DNA of 64,000 nucleotides from Chrysomallon squamiferum (taxonomy: Eukaryota > Animalia > Mollusca), in assembly GCA_012295275.1 (NCBI GenBank), contig CM022667.1, positions 5,456,001-5,520,000 of the forward strand, given 5' to 3'. Positions within the stretch are counted from its first letter, which is position 1. Each line of letters opens with the position of its first letter. The position numbers and the translations under genes were made by a program. Below are positions 54,166-64,000 of the stretch, piece by piece. Below the pieces are notes generated by a model. The model was not told where the DNA came from, did no database searches, and worked only from the letters and a program-made list of their open reading frames with translations.

Positions 54166-55469
54166 CTAATGACTCAAACCAGAGTGAATCAGCTGTGTTG
54201 TATGCAGTAGTAAATAAAATTAGAAGAGCAGGAACAACCTGTTCATGAAATCACCAAGCTAATGAAAATACAGGTACTTTTAACTAAATATACAAATGCT
54301 AATGCTTAATCATTTTGATTTTTCCTTATTACCTGGGGGGTTATTTATTTATTGTTTTTTCATTTTATTTTTTCAATCCTTACTATTTTTTCTGAAATAA
54401 ATATTCCGAATAAAGCAATGATGCTAAACAGATTTACATGAAAAAGCTGTATAATTTTATTTGCTTTCACATACACACAAACACACACACACTTTATTTA
54501 TTAAAAGATCTACATACATGTGTTTATTTACAGCTGGTCCTACTGCGTCGAGTGATCTCTATGCTTGGTAGATAAATCTAAGAAAACTGCAGCAGTTCAA
54601 AAACAGAAAGGGAAACCTAAAGAGAAGAAAAAGACAAGTGGTACATTTCCAATACTTATGACAATAACATATCTAAGATATCTGGCATTACAATATAATA
54701 ACAAATAAATACTATTATTTAAAATTAATGGTGATAATAATAACTTATTGTTTGTCCTCATAAATCACTACTGATTGCATTGCCTTCTGATTTGATGTTG
54801 ATAAACACCTTCTTTATAAAATATATTTTATTGATTACTTTTAAAACTATATTATTGGTAAAAAAACATATTGAAAAATGCAAGATTATTATTATTCATT
54901 TTATAATACAGCATTTATGGAAAGTTTTCAATTAAAAATGTAATAATGAGGTGAAATAAAACAGAAAATGTTCTAAATTTTATTTGAAAACACGTAGATG
55001 AAAAGCACATCTATGGAAATGACAATATGGCCTTTGTTGAGGACAAGAAACCAAAGAAGCCACGAAAAGAAAAAACTAAGGTACGTAAAATATATCTCCT
55101 TTATTCTTAATTTAATTTAATTACATATTTCTTAGTTACAGTTAGATCAGAATCTCCACCAAATTGTATTTAAAAAAAAAATTAAAATTAAAATAAAATC
55201 AATAAAATAAAATCAATAAAATAAAATGATTTTCATTGTTTTTATAGCCAGCAACAGCTAAAAGAAGAAATGAACGTCAGCTGGTTTACACTGAAGTTGA
55301 GTTTACAAATGAGAAAATGTCACAGCCCATGAACAAAAAAGAAGAACCAACAGTGTACATTCAGATTGACTTCTCAAAGAAAGCCCCACCCTTGTGTGAT
55401 GATGATGTTAAACTGAGAGAGCAAATGACTAAAGTTAATAACCCAAATAAAAAATATTATATTAATTAA
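54166..55469 (+). pseudogene. Disabled four-exon cytoplasmic tail with ITIM/ITSM motifs
   Basis: Exons: 54166-54273 (108 nt, VLYAVV, in-frame TGA 54246-54248); 54534-54640 (107 nt, DLYAxV, 1-nt deletion near 54566); 54998-55080 (HIYGN); 55248-55469 (LVYTEV, TVYIQIDF, stop). All have AG/GT sites, and phases are compatible once the deletion is restored. Confidence 0.82.
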
Positions 55470-58400
55470 TTCCACTGTTGAAAATATACAGAACTGAATT
55501 TGAAAAGGTTCTTAAAAGGAAATAAATAAATAAATAAATAATATTCAAATAAAAGATATAAAAAGCATAAAGAAACTGTCGATAGTGAAATTAATATAAA
55601 GATGAGTTTTACACAAAACTGTAGTGCAGAAGATAAAATCAATTCGTGCTTATACTACCATTAAAATAAAGGATCTTATATTACTATTTTTTCCTTTTCT
55701 GTTTCATTTTTTTAAGTAGATGGTGATTCAAGTAGTGAAAAATATGTGAGATGTGTATAGTATGTAAATAGATTATAAGATAAAAATATATTTGATAGAA
55801 ATTGATAACTACAGTATGGTTTGAATAATGATCAAATCATAATAATAACAAAACTTAAAAATTAACTAAATATAAAATATTACAACTTTGTGATATTTGC
55901 TGATAGATGCTGAATTAATGCAGAGCATTTCTGATTTTTCAATATTTATTTTTATATAATTATTTATTTTATTCTATTTTTATTATTATTGTTTCATTTA
56001 TTTGCTTGTTTTGCTATTCAGAATATATTGAAAACAGATCTAATTGTCATAATTTAATCAGTATTTATTTTCATTTTAAAACACTTATCAAGATATTCAG
56101 ACGCACGCACGCACAAACACACGCACACACACACATACCCGCGCGTACAGATATATATTTGTTGCTATTGTATTAGTACCCTGATGCACCTTAATGCAGA
56201 TTCTAACTGTTTTATAAATTAGTTTTTTCCATATGTGTATGTTTCATTCTATTATTTTTAAACTTTTCTGTTTTATCTTTGTTTTATATAAACACTACCT
56301 AGTGTAATACATTAATACTATCGATTACTAGAACATACTGAAATTAATTTAGTAACAACCTTTAACAAACATCTATAGAAATAATTTTGTATGCATATCA
56401 TATATGACTAGCTATAATCTTAAAATGTAAACTATTTTCTGAATTATAAATTAGTTTTGTTCTTCATAACTGAAACCAGTCAGATAGGACATTAGTTTAT
56501 AGTTTATATTCTATTGATGAATGCTTTTGTAAATGTTCTTTTCTGCACTAATACCATTGTGAAAATATTTCCTTAACTGCACTTAATTAATGCTTATTAA
56601 ACATTCCAGGTAATAATATTTTTCTACTTAAAATCCACATAATAATATTTTTTTATGCGATTGTTTACACTGGGCAGACAGAATATCAAAAATACATAAT
56701 TGTATCATTCATTGTTCTTTTTCTTTAATGCACACACAAATTATGTTTTAGAATGTCACTGACATTTCAGTTAGATATCTGAACTTGTGTAATTTTGAGA
56801 TTGGCCTTGAAGACTAATCAGGCAGAGAAAAACAACACACACACGAGTCAACCAATCAGAAAAAATAGAAACACATAGCGATGATAGACTATTCAGTTAC
56901 CTTCGTTATCAGCATTATGTTCTATCTTGTGTTCTACACATACAGATGACCTTTCATTTAACGGACAAAAAGTGGGAAAGCTTGCCCTAAAAAAAAATAT
57001 AAATATCCGGGTTTACCAGAATTCGGGGACATGGAGACAGTATGAACTGCCAGTGGTAAAGAAATGACAAAATCTAGCTTTAGATGCCTGACCCCTGTCA
57101 GTCGTTGGGTCGATAGGTTGATGGCTGTTGGCTGTGTTTACTATGGCTTACATACATAGATATATTCATACACGCACACATACATACATACACCCACTTG
57201 CATAAATACTCACACGCACATACACATGTGAAGTAGAGTATGCCTCGTACAAAATAAATAACTAAATCAATAATAGTGAAACGAATCTGTTTAATTAATG
57301 CGTAAACAACTTGTTTTCATTCTGTATTACTACAGACACTAATTGTTTATCAGTATAAACACACCAATCTTTGAAAAAAAGATTGTATTTTCAAGATAAC
57401 TGATTGTTTTTTTTTGTTTGTTTGTTTGTTTGTTGTTGTTTTTTTGTTAAATCAAGAACCATTGACCTTTCAAGGCGTTCCTTAGTCGAACTGCCTAATT
57501 CTTTGTAGTAAACACGTTGACAGTTAATTCACAACTTATTATATAAAGACAACATCCTTTATCTTTAAGGGAGGAAAACACGCCTTCATCTCTTCACAAC
57601 ACAGTTTCTGTTTTGTTTGGTCTCGCATATAATTCTTCATCAAACGGAGTCATTATAGAAACTAACGAGATGTTGCAGAACGGAGCCATGTCAGTCTGGC
57701 GACAAGTCACCAATCAACGATAAACATTTTGAGATCTGTGAGCTTCAGGCCTGTAAATGAAATGTATTGACAGTATGAAATAATTCCTGAACTCTTTTGC
57801 TGATTACTTTCAGTGAATTGAACAGTTAACATCTGATTATTCTTTGAATTCTGAACACAACTTTAATTAGCTTTTCTTTAACTTTCAATTTATAAAATAA
57901 GAGGTATTAAGTCTTTATACGAAGTGTTTTTAGTTTGGATATATGAATTCCTGTTAACCGTTTAGTGGACAGAATCTGAAGTTAACTTCATAACGGGTTT
58001 CCGAACTGTTTTGTATTTTCTGATTGGAGGCATTTTAATTACATTATTAATATACAGCACCCACCTAATTTCTAACCTTCGTGGCTAAGTCCATGTGGAA
58101 TCAGGCAAGATCAATCTAGTCGTAGTTGATAGATGTTAGATGCCATAAGACCCTCGTAAAATAGAAGCAAAAACCTTTAACTTATAAAGTCTAAGTTTTA
58201 TGGACCAAATACAAAATATCGACAAAGGTTCAGTTTGGGGCTCTCCTAACTTACCTCGAACCCTATCGGTGATTCAATATAGGGAATTCCGAATATCCTT
58301 TGTAAATTATTTTCTCTCCACGTTATATTTCGTCTCACTGAAACTGCTATACCACGCAAGGTTCTTTTACATGAGTGAGGAGAAGGTATCAACACACGAA

Positions 58401-58519
58401 CCTCATCATAACATTGGGCAAGGGCTTGGTCAGCGTGGGTCTTCACTGCATTCTGAACCTTAGCGAGTCGAACATGGTTGTGAGGCTAAACAGTCTCTGG
58501 CTTTGCAAACTGTAAACCT

Positions 58520-58665
58520 GTTATCATGCTGCCACTGACTATTGAACCTTTTAACACACTTCCGCCACAACTTGCCTTTCCGTCCTGAATGCTTGGTATA
58601 CGTCAAAACATCTAAGCAGATCTTAGTACCACCCCTATTACTATGTATGACTTCCATAGCTGAAC
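58520..58665 (-). mobile_element. FLYWCH zinc-finger remnant, probably from a Mutator-like (MULE/Phantom) transposase
   Basis: MEVIHSNRGGTKICLDVLTYTKHSGRKGKLWRKCVKR fits the FLYWCH pattern (S.RG..KL.LDG(Y/F).Y.K......W.C) and then degenerates. Confidence 0.55.
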
Positions 58666-59054
58666 TTAGAACTATGCATATCACCCATAAAAATACCTGC
58701 ATGTAATTTTCCAGACGCAGTGTGAAATTCAGTTTTTTCTCTCCTCATATGCAAAGATTATGTCTTAACCTGCAAATATGTAATATCCTACATAAGCATC
58801 TATATACCAACCAGCACTACACACCTACAAAAATAGCAAATGGGTGAAATATGACTTTTTCTCGCCTTTTTTGCCTCGGTTGATCTTCCGCTATCTTTAG
58901 TGTCACAAAATGCACGATGTCGACTGCGGTATAACAGTTGTTTTACCTCTTGAACTATCAGAGACTGAGAAATGCCAGAAGATCAGTATAGGTAAAGGTT
59001 CAATATACATACACAAGTTTTGATAGTCTGAAGAGTCAGCCACGTTGCAATAAC

Positions 59055-59141
<87 letters not shown>

Positions 59142-60963
59142 TAAATAAATAAATAAATAAAATAAAATATGCATGGTAAGTGCCAATTCTGACCTTACTT
59201 TAGGTGCCCATTATTACCATGTATCAAATTTATCTTCATATTGGTGACAGCATCTGCTTCTAATCAGGTAATGTATTTTTTTATTGCTGTATTGACACAT
59301 CCGTACACAAAGCGACTGTATAACAACAACTAAAATAAATAAATAAGGAACATGAATGAAGTGGACTTTGTAGGACAAAAATATTCATTATATATGTTTT
59401 TATTCTTAACAGTCTTATTTGGATAAGAATTGACCAAAAAAGTAGGATACAAACATCGGAATACTGTAAAATATTGTACTGGTATTACACCTCAAGGTGC
59501 AATTTCATTTTTGTGAAAAGGGTGGGGTGGCAGAGCATCAGACAAAGTAACTGAACAGTGTGGCCTGTTATTAAACGTTATACCAGGTGAAATTTTGCTG
59601 TTTTGACATAAAAGAAAATGTTAGGCTACACTGTGCAGAAGTGAAAATTCCAGCATTTACTAAGGAAAGAAGCAGTTATCACCTCCAGAATTTAAAGCCA
59701 CCAGAAAAATACAAGATTTCATTGCGAGAGAGCAATTGGACCGGTGTGTAACAAGTACACAGTTTTGCTAAGTACTATTACCACTGACTATATGCACGCA
59801 AGAAACGAACTGGTACCAACAACTTATAAAATAACAAGAGTCTGCTATCCATTGTGAGATGTATGTGAGTCTGTGGTACCCTTTGACTGAACAAAACAGA
59901 AATCTAAACAACACGACAGTAGCCACAGTTTTCTTTTCACTTATATCTACTTAATATGCAAATATTTTCACTTTTTGTTTGCATTTTGCAGTATATTTTG
60001 GTTAGCTCTTGCAGTAAAACAAGTATTTGTATCTAATCTGCTTCAACAACAACAAATTAAAATACTAATAAATAGGAAAAGTTCTTGTTTATTATTAATT
60101 ACTCATCATACAATTTGGGAGACAAACAAATTACAAATATATTTAATTTATTGTCTTTTTTTTTTTTTTTTCTCTCATCTTCTTCTTGCATTGCAAACAG
60201 CTGTCATTCAGGATGTTTGGACTTCGAATGTACAGCTCTGAGGGTGGTCTTGAGTGCAGTATTCTAATTAATAAAACTGTTCTGCCTTTTTCACCGTCTG
60301 AGTGCAGAAATGCTCATCAAAAATAATTGTCTCTGTGAAGAAATCAGCTTTAGTCCACAAGGTTCTGTGGAGTTCGTGGCCATTGTTAAGCAGTTACATT
60401 GGTAACCATATTTTGCGTTATCTTTGTTTAAGTCAGAAACAGGGACAAATGGTTATCCTGTTTTTGTATGCACTGTTTGATTTGTTGATCAATTTGATGT
60501 AACCTGCATGTAATCTATAGAGAGTTTGATTTATATATATTTCTAACGTAAGCCCTTAGGGAAAATTAAAAGAATTAATCATTATAGTATTTCATTTAAC
60601 GCCAACTCTCACGTCCTCAACCACTAAATAAGAATATATGTGTAAAATAAATAATTATCTTTGAAATAGAAATATTGTCTTTTGTTTTCTGTTCATAGTG
60701 GATACTTGACACTATATAGAGTTTATACCTGTAGTAAATGCTAATATATTTATCTGTTATAATCAACCGTCACAATTTCTTAATTACACAGCCAGCGGGT
60801 CCACCAAAAGGCGCAATCCCTAGACAAGAAACAAGCCACATTTTAATAGGGTCGTTAGCACTTGAATGCAAAAGCGTATTCCATGAATCAACTGAATTTT
60901 CAAAAGTATTTTCAAGCTTTTTTTTTTCTTTCTTTTAAGCTACTAAACAGAAAAATCAATAAA

Positions 60964-61056
60964 GTGACATTTTTTTCAAATCTGCACAGTGCCATTTCTT
61001 CCGGGTACCATTTTTTCCGGTGCCATTTTTTCAGTGCCACTTTTTCCCTGCACACC
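60964..61056. repeat. Tandem 14-16-bp repeats GTGCCATTTTTTCCGG, typical of MULE/Phantom subterminal repeats
   Basis: Four to five degenerate copies, lying upstream of the FLYWCH remnant in minus-strand orientation. Confidence 0.5.
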
Positions 61057-61314
61057 TATTTTCAACGTCTTCAAATATCTAGCGTAGTACTTTCAGCAAG
61101 TGTTTCTCGATATTTCTGTTTCACCTCAGTGCTGATTTTTGTTTCCTTAAAAGCCATAATTACATTTAAATCTTTCAATATAAGTTATGTAGTGCTTGTT
61201 CTTTGTAAACAATGGAGAGTGCCCTACAATATGGCGAACCGAAGATGTGGGACATTGCACTTCGCCTGATACAGAACAACATTTGTATTATTTTTGAAAA
61301 AAAAAAAATAAATA

Positions 61315-61365
<51 letters not shown>

Positions 61366-61834
61366 CAGAACCATATGAACAAATAATGTTTCATAATGGT
61401 TTTGACAGTGATCTATTGCTTTATTGCATATTTTTAATTCTCACGAGGTATCAATATTTAATATTAATAATCCTTAAATTGAAAGGATTGACAAATTTTC
61501 AGTGTGTCCATTTCAGGAACAACGACCCAATTACAAGGAGTAAAACAAAACCAACAAAAAAAAAAAAAAAAAATGAAAAAAAAACACGAGCCCAACAAGG
61601 AACTAATAATTTAAAAAAATGCGTAACAGCCAATTCGAGCAGGTACCAGTCTATTAAAAGTTTCGGTGTTTTGTCAGTTTTTAACGGTGAGTATATTTCT
61701 TTAATTATACTAAATTATCACATTTCTTAAACACAAATCATAGAGTTTATAGTATAAATAATAGAATAAATAACGTTCATGGCATCCTAACTACCGACCG
61801 GAACCGCAAGACACCGACGACCACAAGCAGCGTT

Positions 61835-64000
61835 AAAATACTAAAGTAAATAGTATCGATCGAAACTGATTTTGTCAGAAGTCAAAATAATTAAGATACA
61901 GCTACATAAGGTTTCTTTCTTCAACAGTTAGGGGAAAAAAATCTATCTATCTATCTGTATATATTTGTGCATATATTTATTTCACCATCAAACATCTTGA
62001 ATGTTTTACTTAGGTTCAGTCTAGGTCAGAAAGATATTTTTATATTCACCTCACAAGACATTTAGCAACTAAATTGACAGTACGTTGCTCTTTATTGATG
62101 CCATATGTGCTGCCTTTGGTTCTCTGAACATGGTGAACAAGCATCCAGCATATAATTCTCAGCTTTTGGTACCTTATTGGTGACAGCTTCATCTGACAGG
62201 TTGCAGGCATGGTCAGTTGTGCTTTGGCAAGGTCTGATTAATTGGGTTTCCTCAATATGTTGTTTACTTCAAAAAGACATGGAGGAAAAATAAAAGGTGG
62301 ATGTGACAGAAAAACTAATTAACAAAATAAATCGGTTACATAACTGAAACTGCCTACTAAAGCAAATCAAGGGAGTTGAAAATTGGTAGTAAAAATAAAA
62401 TATGCAGTTGTCCCAGAAAACGTATTAATAAAATAAACTGGATACATAATCTGAACTCTGTGAGGGTAACACTGCAGACCTTCTCTCTTAACTTTTTACT
62501 AATTGGGCTGATTGTTGTTCAGTCCTCTCTCATCTGTGTTGTTCTTTGGTGATGTTCTTTGAAGAATTTTGTACAGTGAAAACCATATAGGAATCTGCTA
62601 CTATGCCATATGTGCTTCATCTGACAGGTGGCAGGCATGGTCAATTGTGCTTTGGCAAGGTGTGATTAATTGGGTTTCCTCAATATGTCGTTTACATCAA
62701 AAAACACTATTGGTAATATACATAATTCATTCTGAAGAACCTCCTCCATATAAACGTTTTCTTCTCAGGATGTGAACAGTTTCCTCACGAAGAAAATGCA
62801 GGACCGATAGTTCTCTCAGCGGTATTGTTGACAGCAGATACTTTACCTAGTGTACTTGCTTTTATTTTTGTTTACATGATTTTTCTGCTGATACATAACA
62901 GCCAATATTAACATTATCCCGAGAAGAACTTCAGTTATTATATTTCTTAGTGCAGAATCTGTAGACAGTGGGCTGTGCAATTCAGATTCTTCACTGATTT
63001 TGGCCGGGTCCATTTGATTCCTTTTCAGCCTGGCTTCAGTCCATTCCTTGTGCTATTCATTTGTTGTAAGTGCATGTTTATTGAACTCCTGAATGGCAGT
63101 GTTGTATTCAGAGCCCATTGCAGCTGACATTGTCCAGAGGATACAGTGCTCCATGGCCATCCCACACCCTGAGGTAAGATCTCCAGCAGACTGTCACTGA
63201 AATTTTCCACATTTTTCTACAGGGGTAGCAACAACTAATAAAACAAATTCTGCTCTTAAATATAATAATTATACCATTTACAGTTTTATAAATCTATAAA
63301 TTCAAATTATAATTCAGAATTTAACCTTATCATCTTTATTCATGTCATATTTGCTTTTAATAGACATTATAGAGGTTTCAAATTTAAATTTAATTTCAAG
63401 CATAAATTACTGTACTGAAAATAATATATTTTGACTTAAGTATATTATATTGTAAATGTGACAAATTAATTACTTCAGTATATTATGAAAATATAGATCA
63501 TAAATATTTATCTTATGTATGTTAGGAAAACTTTTTATAATTTATGCAGGATCTGGATTAGTCTCATTCAGGCTGAACATAATTATAGGAAAACACTAAA
63601 CAACAAAGTATACTACATTAACGATGAATTCAGTTTGAATAAAAATGAAATGAATTCATTATTGCCACTCTTGGGTGAAGTAGCTAATGTGAAGCAGATC
63701 TTTCAGATCTCTGAGGGAAGAGTTCTTACAGAACCTTCAGTTTGTATCTTTGACTTGGGTTTTTAAGGTATTTTATTAAGTGATTAAAATTAGGTTGCAT
63801 CAGTACATCTCTCATATCCTGTACCAGAGATGCCAGAATGATTCATTGGTTATATATGTTCAAAGATAGCATATGCAGAAGACTCGGGAAAATTACTTCA
63901 TATTATTGATTCAGTTCCTTCTTTTGTGCCACATGACAATATGCGTTGTTCACAAGCCTTTGAGATCCACTGCCCTTGTTTTCCAAGCTAATTATCTTGC
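61835..64000 (+). repeat. Second copy of the P2 intron-1 sequence, running off the window
   Basis: 61835-61900 matches about 40417-40485; 61981-64000 matches 42058-44121. Confidence 0.92.

Noticed and set aside
54246-54248. In-frame TGA as selenocysteine or programmed read-through
   Set aside because: The next exon also carries a frameshift and no SECIS was recognised; decay is simpler.

Overview
AT-rich, microsatellite-dense eukaryotic DNA. It is probably lophotrochozoan/molluscan, inferred only from composition, repeats and protein style. Most ORFs in the supplied track are microsatellite or antisense noise. Reading splice sites by hand gives a cluster of four spliced genes for secreted or cell-surface immunoglobulin-superfamily (V-like) proteins. 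Minus strand: gene M1 has a leader exon at 16853-16922, 8 intact 342-nt Ig exons (7 in a recent tandem array), 2 Ig exon fragments and 27-nt micro-exons, and it runs off the left edge. Gene M2 has a leader at 28520-28589, 4 Ig exons, 3 intact micro-exons and an uncertain tail. Plus strand: genes P1 (about 31.1-39.2 kb) and P2 (about 40.0-52.8 kb) each have a non-coding first exon, a leader, one Ig exon and a GPI-like hydrophobic tail. They are followed by a disabled four-exon cytoplasmic tail with ITIM/ITSM motifs (54166-55469). All Ig exons and micro-exons are phase 1-1, so any subset splices in frame. The arrayed Ig exons are mosaics of one another and differ mostly by non-synonymous changes. 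A perfect 100-bp inverted repeat brackets the P1 promoter/first exon between the divergent genes M2 and P1, and a ~600-670-bp inverted repeat brackets the P1 Ig exon. Remnants of hAT, pogo-like, RTE and FLYWCH/MULE elements are present, plus a 2-kb segmental duplication that suggests the cluster continues to the right. All gene models are manual predictions without transcript evidence.
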